From the human T2T-CHM13v2.0 reference genome, Homo sapiens, in the NCBI RefSeq assembly GCF_009914755.1, contig NC_060934.1: 64,000 nucleotides of DNA; one strand, given 5' to 3'. Shown here piece after piece: positions 28,042 through 39,811 of the stretch. The notes beneath the pieces are model-generated. The model was not told the DNA's origin and did not search any database. It saw only the letters and a list, made by a program, of their open reading frames with translations. The position numbers were made by a program, and so were the translations under genes. Position 1 is the stretch's first letter. Each line of letters starts with the position of its first letter.

Positions 28042-28504
28042 TGCTGTGGGTTAACTTGTGTCCTCCGTAAAGATAAACTGAAGTCCTAAACCCCAGTACC
28101 GATAAATGTGACCGTATTTAGAAATAGGGCCTTTACAGACATAAGTAGTTAAGATAGTATCATACTAGGTACAGTGAGCCCTATATCCAATGACTGACAC
28201 CTTTATGGAAGGCCATGTGAAGACACAGAGACACAAAGACTCAGAGGAAAGAAGGCCACATAACAACTGAATTAGATATTAGGATGATAAAGCTACAGTT
28301 CAAAGAACAGCAAGAACTGCCAGTAATCGCCAGAAGCTGGAAAAGACACAAAAACATTCTTAAATAGAGTCCTTAGAGGGAGCAGGAGCCTGCTGACACC
28401 TTTGTTTCAGGTTTCTAGCCTCCAGAACTGTGAGAGAATACATTTCTGTCCTTTTAAACCATATATTTAGCAGTACTTGGTTACAGCAGCCCTAGGAGAT
28501 TACA
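28042..28504 (+). mobile_element. MLT1C-type MaLR solo LTR
   Basis: TG…CA termini; 'gaagtcctaaaccccagtacc…atgtgaccgtatttagaaatagggccttt', 'tctagcctccagaactgtgagagaatacatttctg', 'ttacagcagccctagga'. Confidence 0.88.
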
Positions 28505-28614
28505 GTAAGGGAAAAACTCCCTTTGTTAGGATCCCCTTATCACTTCCTTTCCAACTTCTTAATCTCCAGGGTAATATGCATTTTAATGAGATTCTATATT
28601 TTAAGTTAAAAGAT

Positions 28615-28795
28615 GACAGTATAGTTTGCTAGTGAACAGCGTGAGCTTTGGAGAAAGAAAGATCTGAATTTAAATCTGGCTTTACCATTTAATTAATGAA
28701 GCATCTGGGCCAAGTCACTTGATCTCTCTAATATTCAGTTTCATTATAATTAAAGTGGGAATAATTACAATGTCTACTTAGAAATGTGATCATAT
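28615..28795 (+). mobile_element. MIR SINE
   Basis: 'gctttggag…gatctgaatttaaatctggctttaccattta…caagtcacttgatctctctaatattcagtttc'. Confidence 0.7.
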
Positions 28796-29759
28796 AAGTA
28801 AATAATGAGCATTGACCTTACACAGGGGATAAAAGGCACAGAAATCAAAGACATTAAAGTCATAAAAAAGAAGTTAAATTGTTTGCAGATGCCATGATAT
28901 TACATATAGAAAACCCTAAAGATCACCAAAAAACTGTTGGAACTAAGAAAGGAATTCAATAACATTTCAGGATACAAAATCAACATATAAAAATCAGTTG
29001 TTTTCTATACACTAACAACAAACTATCTGAAATCTGTAAGATATTGAATAAAGAAATTGAAGACATAAATAAATGAAAAACTATTCTGTGGATTGGACTG
29101 GAAGAATTAATATTGTTACAATGTTCATACTACCCAAAGAGGTCTATATGCTTAATGCAATCCTTATCAAAATTCCAGTGACATTTTTCACAGAAATAGA
29201 AAAAACAATCTAAATTTGGATGGAACCATTACATAGCCCAAATAACCAAAGCAATTCTTAAGAAAGAACAAAAAAGCTGGAGGCATCACAGTCCCCGATT
29301 TTAAAATATATTACAAAGCTATTGTAATCAAAACATCACGGTACTGGCACAAACAGACACATATATTCATGGACAGGAATAGAGAGCCCAGAAATGAACC
29401 CATACATATATGATTAATTACACTTTGACAAGACTGCCAAGAATACACAATGGGGAAAAGATAGTCTCTTCAATAAAGGGCGATGGGAAAACTGGATATC
29501 CATGTGTAAAAGAATGAAATTGCACACTTCTTATATACCATATTAAAAAACTAACTCGACATAGATTAAAGATTTAAATGTAAGACCAGAAGCCATAAAA
29601 TTCCTAGAAGAAAATAGGGGAAAACTCCATGATATTGGTCTTGGCAATCACTTTTTGGATATGACACCAAAAGCATAGACAATAAAAGCAAAAATAAACA
29701 AGTGGGACTACATCAAATTAAAAAAAAAAAAAAATTCTGCATAGAAAAGAAAACAATCA

Positions 29760-30052
29760 TCTGGACATGATGTCAAATGCCTGTAATTCCAGCACTTTGG
29801 GAGGCTGAGGCAGGAAGATGCCTTGAGCCCAGTAGTTCGAGACCAGCCTCACCAACATAGTGAGACCCCATCTCTGCATTTTTTTTAATTAGCTGGGCAT
29901 GGTGATGCATGCCTGTAGTCACAGTTACTTGTGAGGCTGAGGTGGGAGGATTGCTTGAGCCTGGGAGGTTCAGGCTGCAGTGAGCTGTATTCATGCCAGT
30001 GCACTGCAGCCTGGGTGACAGAGCAAGGCCCTATCTCAACAAAAAAGAAAAA
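29760..30052 (+). mobile_element. AluJ-type SINE nested in L1
   Basis: 'ttgagcccagtagttcgagacc', 'ggaggattgcttgagcctgggaggttcaggctgcagtgagc'; A-rich tail. Confidence 0.92.
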
Positions 30053-30899
30053 GAAATCAACAAAATGAAAAGGCAACCTACAGAGTGGGAAAAATATTTG
30101 CAAACCATGTATCTGACAAGGTATATGGAAATATATAAGGAATCCAAATAACTCAATATATATGACAATATAAAAATACAAATAAACCCGATTTAAAAAT
30201 GAACAAAAAACCTTAATAGACATTTTTCTAAAGAAAACATACAAATGACCAACAGGTATATGAAAAAGGTGTTCAACATCGCAAATCATCAAGGAAATTC
30301 AAATCAAAACCATAGTGAGATATTGCCTCACTCTTGTTAGGATGGCTATTATCAAAAAGACAAGAGATAACAAGTGTTGGCCAGGGTATGGAGAAAGGAA
30401 ACCCTTGTACACCATTAGTGGGAATGTAAGTTGGCACAGCCATTATGGAAAATAGTATAGAGGTTCCTCAAAAAATTAAAAATAGAATGATTATATTTTC
30501 CAGCAATATATACTTCTGGGGCTATATCTTGATAACTTGAAATCAGTATATAGAAGAGATATCTGCACCACATGTTGATTGCATCATTATTCAGAATAGT
30601 CAACGGCTACACATAATCGAAGTGTCTATTAATGGATGCCACATGTATCATGGAATATTTATCAGCCATAAAAATAAGGACATTCTGCCATTTGTTACAT
30701 CATGGATAAACCTGGAGGATATTATGCTAAGCGAAATAAACCAGACAGAGAAAGAAAAATACTATATAATCTCGCTTATGTATGGAATCTAAAAAAGTAA
30801 AACTCATAGAAGCAGAGAGTAGAACAGTGGTTGTCAGGGGCTGAAGGGTGGAGGAAGTGGAGAGATATTGTTCATAGGGTACGAAATTTTTAAAATTAT

Positions 30900-31114
30900 T
30901 GTTCAGTTTTGTTAAGGTATAATTGACAAATATAAATCATATATATGTATGAACAATGTAATTTTTTGATATATGTGTTGTGAAGTGTTTAAATCAACCT
31001 AATTAGCATATGCATCACTTCACGTACTTAATTGTTTGTGTGGAGAACATTTAAGATCTACTTGCTCAGCATGTTTCAGGTATATGATACATTACTATTA
31101 ACTGTAGTCACCAT
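30900..31114 (-). mobile_element. L1MA 3'-terminal fragment, antisense, nested in the L1 3'UTR
   Basis: 'aaggtataattgacaaa…gagaacatttaagatctact…tattaactgtagtcaccat'. Confidence 0.8.
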
Positions 31115-31813
31115 CCGATCAGACTAAAACTTTGTAAAAAGGGTAATAACTTTTTGTTGTAAGACGAATTGTTGTGAGTACTAATGGATAGCATGGTGAC
31201 TATAGTTAATAACACTGTATGGTAACAGTGGATTTTAAATGTCTTCAGCCCTCTACACACACAAATGATAACTATGGCTACTGATGGATGTGTTAATTTG
31301 ATTGTGGTAAGATTACACAGTCTACACATGTATCAAACCATTGCATTATCCATCTTAAATATATGTAATGTTGTCAATTAAATATTTAAAATAAGAAAAA
31401 TAAAAACCAGTTTAGGATTTAGGTTCATGCCAGCCAGGAGTATGATTGCAACAGATATGGGGTAGAACTGAAATGGACAGCATATGGAAGTCTTTTCTAG
31501 CTATGGGGTCTCACGACCCACTTAATAGGGCAGTGGTGGCTATATGGATTCCTGCAGATTTGGCAGGAAACTCAGCAGGACATTGAGACTCTGCTAGAAG
31601 CAAGAAGCCCTGTTTTTCTTTCCACCCCCACCAATCTGTCAAGATTTAAGGTTTGGATTAGAAATTAAAACAAAGATGGTAGCAAAAGAAGCACAATGTA
31701 ATTTTTCATCAAAGGGCCTCAGCTAAACTGCTCTTAAAGATTCAAGCTGGAATATGTCACCCAAACTCTCATTCTGTTCTATTTTTAATTTCTCAGCCAT
31801 CACAGATGTTGGG

Positions 31814-31817
31814 GTGT

Positions 31818-31848
<31 letters not shown>
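31814..31848. repeat. Imperfect (TG)n microsatellite
   Basis: Direct inspection. Confidence 0.85.
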
Positions 31849-32644
31849 AACTAATTAACTTTATTTTGCATTATGACACTGCAGCTCTTGTTTTGGCTAT
31901 ATTTCTCCTATAAGTCAAGAAAGAGTAAGTAGAAAACAAAACTGCAAAATCACACGTATAGCTACCACTCCTCTAATATTTATCTAAATCAATATTTACA
32001 TAAAGGTGTAAAAAGCAAAGAATAAACCAGAAGTTGTGGTGTTCCTGAACCTTTCATGTTGCATAATACTCTATTACTACTTCTTACGTCCTCTGGTACC
32101 TGCTAGAGTTTAGAGTTGTGGTCATGGATTTGAGAAAGCAAGGGACATATCTACACATGCAAAAATGACAATGAAGTTCACATCCATGAGTTATTATCTT
32201 CCACAGTTATTTAGCTGACCATGGAGAAAAAAAAGAAGTCTTACTAGATGAATAGGGGCAATGAGGAAGTGGAAAATAATTTTGCATTAAGGCTCTACAG
32301 TGTATGCTCCCCACATTATTTCTCTTTTAAACATGAAATTCAAAGCACATAAATCATTAAGATATAGCAAAATCCCATGCTTTACTGGAATTTAGGGAAT
32401 ATAAATGTTTAAATACCAAGCATTAGCATTCTTCTTTCAGATGATTTATATTTTGAAGTAATCAAAGTAGTAAACTTGCATTCCTCCTCTCTTAGAAATA
32501 ATTTTCCAAATAACCCTGTTATATTGATTTCTACCGTCTCACACAAATACACATACACACACACACACACACAAAACACAATCACAGAAGTTGATGTCAC
32601 ACAAATGTGTTATATATTTTGTTCTTTACTTAATGACCATCTGC

Positions 32645-33210
32645 CATAACTTATTAAAAATTGTATATATTCAAGGTGTACAACATGATTTGATATATGT
32701 ATGCAGATAGTTCCCAACTTATGCTGGTTCAATTTACATTTTTTCAACTTTAGAATGGTGCAAAAGTGATATGCATTTATACAGTACTCATAAAACTATT
32801 ATGTTTTTCACTTTCAGTAAACCACATGAGATATTCAACACTTTATTATAAAATAGGCTTTGTGTTAGATGATTTTCAGACGATGTTATTTTCAAATTGC
32901 AATGGATTTATTAGGATGTAGCCCCACCACAAGCCAAAGAACATCTGTGCATTGTGTAATGACTGTCAAAATCAAATTAAATTAACACTTCAAATACCAC
33001 CCATGCTGTACATTAGATTGCCAGAATTTGTCATTTTATAACTAAAAGTTTGTACCATTTGATCAGCATGTCCCCATTTTCCCCAATCCCCAGTTCCTGG
33101 GTGACCACAGTTCTACTCTCCATTCCTATGAGTTAGACTTTTTAGATTTCACATATAAGAGAGACCATACAATATTTTTCTTTCATTTCACTTAGCATAA
33201 TGTCCTCCAG
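32645..33210 (-). mobile_element. L1MA-type 3' end (interrupted by MER47A)
   Basis: 'ttgtatatattcaaggtgtacaacatgat', 'ataactaaaagtttgtaccattt', 'tagatttcacatataagagagaccatacaatattt…cacttagcataatgtcctccagg'. Confidence 0.85.
32704..32947 (-). mobile_element. MER47A (Tigger5-derived) MITE, internally deleted
   Basis: Termini cagatagttcccaactt… and …aacatctg; internal 'gagatattcaacactttattataaaataggctttgtgttagatgatttt'. Confidence 0.85.
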
Positions 33211-33948
33211 GTACCATGACTCCTCAAGTAAACTGTGTGTTTCTTGGCGGCAGATGCTCTTTCCTTCTTTTATGTCCCCAATAGTTTCTAAACCAAGACT
33301 GCACAGAAGTGCTGCAGGAGTGCTACAGGGGATGGAGGCCATAGTTCCAGCTTCTGGTATTTATTTATTGTGTGTACCACAAAATGTAGATCAAGGATTT
33401 GTAAAAGAAAATATTAATACTTGACTTTTAGTGGGTAGTTGTCATCTGACCCCATATATTGAAGGAAACCGTAAATCTAGGATGGAGTAGTCTTACAGCA
33501 TGATAGAATCTCAGCAAGGCTATGGGCTCTTCTGAAACTAAACATACAGGCAGCAGTCAAACATTTACAGTGATGATTTGGGGATGTTAGGATTCAGGAC
33601 ATTTTATATTCTGATTCTGTAATCTAGGCAAAATGCTAAAAATACATTTTGATTGTTTGGAGAAACAATGAATAGAAAGGGCAAGCATCATGAAAACTGA
33701 AAGTTTCTAAAAGCTTTCTTCAAATGCAGGAAGGACTCTCACATGGAAGTGGACATGCTATTTCACGTGGAGCCAGAAAATACAAAACAGCAATAGAAGT
33801 AAACATGAAATGTATTATAATAACTAAATAACTTTCTTATTAAAAATATGCTCAAAAAGAAAAGGTGGCCTTCAGATACAGGTTACATTTACTAGAATCA
33901 GTGAAATAAAATATTGATTGAGCACTGGCCAAGGACACACGGGGATTT

Positions 33949-33951
<3 letters not shown>

Positions 33952-33995
<44 letters not shown>
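33952..33995. repeat. (GT)22 microsatellite
   Basis: Perfect GT run. Confidence 0.97.
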
Positions 33996-33996
<1 letters not shown>

Positions 33997-34959
33997 ACCT
34001 AAGTTACCTTCCAATTCTATGATTTTATGAAATGTAGCCACCCATTGCAATTAAAGGAAAATTTTAAGTGACTTAACAAAGATTAGGCACAGGCTCATGG
34101 ACCATTAAGATATCATCATAAATCTCCAAAGAAAGGAGATAAGTTAGCATCAAAAAGATGCTTTGATTTTTGACCCTATGTCACTTTAAAATTGCAGAGA
34201 TCCTAAAAGAAACCAAGGAAGATCAAAATTCAAGCTATACACTCTTTCCTGGTGACTACTTACATCTAGACAGTGAAATGTTTCCTGATAAAACACAGTG
34301 ATTTATGTTTGTGTTTTAATTTTGAAAAATGAAGACAACCGTGGATTTAATTCTGGAAAATCAGTATACACTTGGTCATGCCCCGATACCCACATCTGTA
34401 TACTATTCATGCTCTGCCATGTTTTACAGTGCTCAAGCCCAACAGATTTATGGTAACTGGGCCTAGCAATTCATGGTACCCTGGAAAAAAATGAAGTGAG
34501 ACCATTAAACATGGAGAAGAACACTTACTAAGAAATCAAAAATTTATTATAATACAAGTGTATTAAAGGCTATCCCCCTCATTGTGGCCCAACATGACTG
34601 TCTTGTTTCATCTGATACTATACATACTTTTGTCTAAGAAACTTATGCTGGCCATAATGACATTGAAGGAAAGAAAAACAGAAAAGTAAGCTTTTCTCAT
34701 CAAGTCTTCTTTCAGAGCCAGAGATTCTAGACTCTGCGGATTAAGTTGCTCTATATTTTTTCTCTGTTCTAGATTATTGGCCTAAGAAACTTCTAAAGAA
34801 GAGTGGGGAATAGGGAAGCTTCTTTAAGATTCTAGGCAAAAATTTTCCTCATGTAGCTCCCAGATCCTAAGAACCAAGGTCATAACATTCTACTCTCCAC
34901 CAATACTCAGATGATAGATAAAACCAGAATGATAAAACTTCAGAGCCTTTAATATTACC

Positions 34960-35084
34960 ATGACATAAACTCTATGAGGCCAGCGATTGTTGTCTAATTT
35001 TTCTGTAACTCTTTTTTAGGGTGTGGGACAGTGCCCATCATGCAGAAAGCATTCAATAAATGTTTGTTGAATAAATGAATGAAT
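34960..35084 (+). mobile_element. L2 3' terminus
   Basis: 'acagtgcccatcatgcagaaagcattcaataaatgtttgttgaataaatgaatgaat'. Confidence 0.75.
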
Positions 35085-35536
35085 AACAAATCAGTGTGTC
35101 ATTGAATTAAGTTTGATAATGGCATCAAATTATAGAGAAAGTATTTGCAAATCCTGCACTCAAGAAAAGAAAACATTTTATGCATTAACATGATCATTGA
35201 GAAATTGATGTTTTAAAATTAGGCTCCTGCAGAGTTCCATTTTACTTCAATTTTATATATATATATCTCTCCAGAAAATCAAACATTATCATTGTTTATA
35301 TGTTATTGATTTAGCTCTCTGGACTACATTTCAGAGTTGATCCTGCACCATCTCACATTCAGGGCTCTTTGCAGGTGCAGGTGCAGGTGCAGGAACTGCT
35401 CCAAGAACTCGAGACAAAGGTTCTTTGGAGCAGGTTTTGATGCTCACATTGAGAATGTGGGAACTTGTCAGATCGTTCCTTCCCACTGTGTTTCATTTGT
35501 TTATTTGTCTTTAACTAGCAAAAGTGAGAAACTCTT

Positions 35537-35760
35537 TATAGGTCAATGGTTATGAGGTTGGCCCCTGGAGTCAGACTGCCTGGGTTTACCATTCACACCA
35601 CTTAAAATCTGTGTTATTTCTGAGGCTTAATTTCTCCATCTGTATAATGGACTCAAAGCAGTACCTAATTCACAGATTTATTTTGAGGATTGAGTTTGGA
35701 GGTGGAAGTTCACAGCACAGTGCCTGGTATACAGTAAGTGTTTAATGATTGATAGATTAA
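35537..35760 (+). mobile_element. MIR SINE
   Basis: 'ctggagtcagactgcctgggttt', 'tttctccatctgtataatgg', 'agcacagtgcctggtatacagtaagtgtttaat'. Confidence 0.8.
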
Positions 35761-36734
35761 TAGGTAGTAAGCATGGTAATAACTGTATCCCACCCTTCCT
35801 TTTCATGTTCCCTGCTATGTACCATTCTTCTACCCCTACCCTGCCGCCTTACAGAAGAAGCCCCTGAAAACATGCTGGTATTTGAAAATCCTGCATTCCC
35901 AGGAAGGGTGTGCACATGGAGGATCCTGACGGTACCTGACTGTGTGCAGATGCAGCAGCCCAAACTCTGACTCTGACCCTACTTCTGTATCTTAAGCCCG
36001 GTAGATCCCTTGCAACTATATGATTCCTCTGTTATCAGTTGGTGATAATGGTGCCAGAGAGGGCAGAATTGTTTCAGAATTCAGAGAGAGGATGGCATGT
36101 TAAAACTGGAAGAAATATTCTAGATCAAGACCCTTATTCAGTAGATGAGGACAACGAAAGTAGAGAAACAGTGTGCCCGACCCAGGTCTGGCTTACTGAA
36201 ATTCCTGGTTGATGTCTCTGTGCTCCCTATTCCTGCCCACCTCTCCCACTTCCCGAGAATGTTTAGTCATGACAACCAAAAGAGATTCGTTAATCAGGGG
36301 ACCCACTTTGGTGAAAGGAGATGATTCTGTATCATTAACTGATTAAATAAAACAAATTCCAATACAACATTTACTTTTCTGTCTGCCACCCCTTGGAGGA
36401 AAATTTCAAGAAGAAACAAAACTAACTAGCAAACTACATGTTAAGCATTCCAATATTCTGTTTTTAACAAAATATTTTAGCATTTTAAGAAAAAGAATAT
36501 GAGGACTTTAACAAAGAAAAACTGGACCCCCATTGTATTTTAATTTTAACTTTTGATGAGCCACATTGTTCTTGCTATATTAATTTGAATCCATCTGGCT
36601 TACACAGAGAGACATTTCAAATGCTTTCCATAATAGCGGGAAGGAATGATCTCATGAGGAAAGGATTTTTTCATGCTGCTGGATTCTTGGAGGCTTTTGC
36701 TGAGAATCATCATGTAGGGTGAGGTGGAGCATCA

Positions 36735-37040
36735 TGCATTTATTTAACAAATATGTATTGAGTAGGTGACGTGCCAGGTACCGTGTCAGCTACTAGGTTT
36801 ATGAAAATGAGATTCGGACCTTATTCTCAAGGAGCATAGTATCTAGTAGGAAATACTAGTATGTTAATTAATTACTAATAAAAGTCACAGTAAATGTAAT
36901 ACTAGTGTATATTCAGTGTGCTCTGTTAGTCTTAGAAGTGGCCCCTAGATCATGCTGGGACTAAAATAAAAGATCTCTGAGGTGCTGACTCCTGATGGAC
37001 AAACTGGGAAAGAAAAACTCTTCGAATTAAAGAATAACAG
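36735..37040 (-). mobile_element. L2 3' fragment
   Basis: 'catttatttaacaaatatgtattgagta…gtgccaggtaccgtg…ctcaaggagcatagtatctagt'. Confidence 0.7.
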
Positions 37041-38211
37041 GAGGCTAAAAGCTTTGATTTTAACTTAGCAGATAACTGGCAAAATCTAATCCAGCCTTAC
37101 CTCACTTTCCATTGAAGAATTTATTAAAATCATACAAATGATTACACTCTGGGAATACTCATTAAACACCTGCAAGATTCTATGGGAAATTTTCATTAAT
37201 CAAAGCCCAGATGTGACCCCATGGCCAAATATTTAGAGACTATTGGAAGAAGGCTGATTTTTCCTTATGTCAGTTACCTGCTCCTATCCAGTAACAAGAT
37301 TTCTGTCTGTGAGGGAAAAGCAAGAACACTGGATATGTCTGTGGCTCTGAGTGGACCTTTCTAATAGTGCTGACTTTCATACTATCCTCTGCCCAGGTTG
37401 TGACCTTAGTGACTAGCAAATTAACCAGCCTCTGCATGTGAGCTCACGTTTCCTCTTTATGGGATTGTTAAAATAATAATCTAACTGCCTGACACTTAAA
37501 CAATGGGATATTTTTTAATCCGAAGGGCAGTTGTTTCATTAGAAAGAGCATAAATCTCAGCAAAGTTAAGGTTTTAAGCAGTGGTGAGTTTCACAAATAG
37601 TCGTAGTTCCACAGAGCACCCTCATTCTTGCCATTACTTCACATTCATGTCAGGTTTAGAACATTCTCTGGGTTTCAGTTAGGAAAGGGGACTCAGGGGC
37701 TAGAGCTCTGATTGGAAATTAATATGTGGAATGTCAGACTTTGATTACAAATGTCACAATTATTTCCTTGATTAGATCAGTTTCACAGCTTCATGTCATT
37801 GTTCAACAATTTTATTAAATATCCACTTTATGCCATGTACTATTCTATATGCTGGAACATACCAGTAAATAAAAAGCTAGGGGTACCTACACACTGTGAT
37901 TTCTGTGGAACTGGGAAACTGTCCATCATAATGGCACCAGAGCACTTACATGTTAGTCCAATTGCTTGTCAGTTCTATCACTGCTTAAAAGTGATAGTAA
38001 ATTCAACTTTTCTTTGACTCTCAAGAAACAGAAAACATTTTAAATCGGTAATTTTATTACAACAATGACTGGTGTAAAAAGTAGCCAATAGAAGAAGAAA
38101 GTTAACATACCCAGAAGATGTAAATCTTAAATATAGGGCATGCTTGTTTATAAATATTCAGTATAAGTAGCTTTTGCTACCTATACTTAAAACTTCTCTC
38201 TTTCTCTCTCT

Positions 38212-38213
<2 letters not shown>

Positions 38214-38257
<44 letters not shown>
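38214..38257. repeat. (AT)22 microsatellite
   Basis: Perfect AT run preceded by a (CT)n tract. Confidence 0.97.
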
Positions 38258-38263
<6 letters not shown>

Positions 38264-38641
38264 CAATAAGTGTACAGATCATAAGTGAACATTCCTTGAT
38301 TAATACCCCATTTCAATTTTTTTTAAATTTTATTTTTTGGATTACTAAATAATACAAATTCCCAATATTCATAAGACTCAGCTGATGTGTACGTCCCCAG
38401 CTTCATATATAGAAATAAATATCAGTTTAAGATAATGAATTTTAGATTAAAATATGAAAGGCAAATGGCACAAAAATTCCAGAGCCTAAAATACTGATTT
38501 CTGAAAAAAAGTGATAATACTTTACAGTCCAGTTTAGGATGTAGGTAGTGGTCAATTCTATACATGCTGCTGTGTTTCTAAAATCTTGACCTTATTTGGT
38601 AGAAAAACTAGAAGAGAAATTGCCCACATGAATGCATGTGT

Positions 38642-38642
<1 letters not shown>

Positions 38643-38678
<36 letters not shown>
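38643..38678. repeat. (CA)18 microsatellite
   Basis: Perfect CA run. Confidence 0.97.
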
Positions 38679-38681
<3 letters not shown>

Positions 38682-39049
38682 CAACCGTCCTCAATTCAAA
38701 AGGGAATAGAGAAAATTCTGCTCATCTGGTATTCCTCCAGAACCTGAGGTGTAAAACTAAAATAAGATATCCCCCATAGAATCCAAAATTGGGATCCAAA
38801 TTTACACCACACATGGTGCATAAATTACGTGATGAGAACTTATTGTTAAAATAGGTCTAGGCTTATTAAGTTTTGCAAGCTCTTGGCAGAAATAAAACTC
38901 CAGATTTAATCAATAAAACAGAAACTACTATAATCCAGCATGAGCAAAACTCTCATGGACAAATAATTCTTGCCAACGATAACCTCTTATCAAAAGTCGC
39001 CCAATACATGAAGAAATGATTCTATCTAATAGGCAGTCTATTGGCACAA

Positions 39050-39811
39050 CACAAAATAACATCACAGAACTTGATATAATGGTACAATCTGAAATAGGTT
39101 CTTAAATAACTATAAAAAATGAGATTAAAAGGATCGAAGACAAAATACAGAAAATAAACCAAAAAATAATAAGAAGCCATGAATAAACAGAAGAGATTTT
39201 AAAAAGACAGAATTTCTATAAATGAAGACTAGTCATTGAAATTTAAAACGTAGGAGATGATAACTAGCAAATCAGACATGGCTAATCTGTAAACTGAGGA
39301 TAAATTTGAAGAAATCATCTGAATCCAGCACAGAGATATAAGAACTAGAGCAGTAAATCTCAAAGTGTAGTCCTCACATCAGAATTTCAGCATCACTGAA
39401 AACTTGTTAGAAATGAAATTCTTAAGCTCTGTCCTAGATTTGTGGAATCAGAGATTCTAAGGACAGGGATCAGTAATCTGTCTTTTAAGAAGCTCTCCAG
39501 ATGATTCTGATACATGCAAAATTGAGAACTGTACTAGAGAATATAAAAGAGAGGTTAAGAGATATAGAAACATAGAAATTGTATAACATACTTTAAATAT
39601 TCTAGGGGAAATTAAATAGGATACATTTAAAAAGAAGCAATGTTATAAACTATATGGCTGAGAATACTACCAAAATGAAAAAGGAGAGAGCTTTCAGATT
39701 GAGAAATAAAATGAGCCACCAACATAATAAGTGAAAGCAAGTCCAATTATATATATTATAGTAAGCCTGCAGAGTATCAAAGGCAACGATGTTATTTTAA
39801 GGGCAACCAGA
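39050..39811 (+). mobile_element. Very old L1M/HAL1 ORF1-like relic (interrupted by MER5A)
   Basis: ORF1-type motifs 'gaagaaatcatctgaatccagcacagagat', 'aaagagaggttaagagatatag', 'atggctgagaat', 'ttcagattgag'. Confidence 0.55.
39351..39531 (+). mobile_element. MER5A (hAT-Charlie) MITE
   Basis: 'ctcaaagtgtagtcc…cagcatcactgaaaacttgttagaaatg…ctccagatgattctgatacatgc'; 8-bp TSD aactagag/tactagag (Charlie-type CTAG target). Confidence 0.88.

Larger units (their letters stand above)
28835..31406 (+). mobile_element. L1MA/MB-type LINE, 3' half of ORF2 plus 3'UTR (degenerate; interrupted by an AluJ and an antisense L1 piece)
   Basis: Degenerate RT motif LFADAMILHIENPK (from FADD); continuous L1 ORF2 similarity; L1MA-like 3'UTR and A-rich end. 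Confidence 0.9.

Noticed and set aside
29885-30603. 135-aa and 62-aa minus-strand ORFs
   Set aside because: They are antisense translations of L1 ORF2 and Alu sequence
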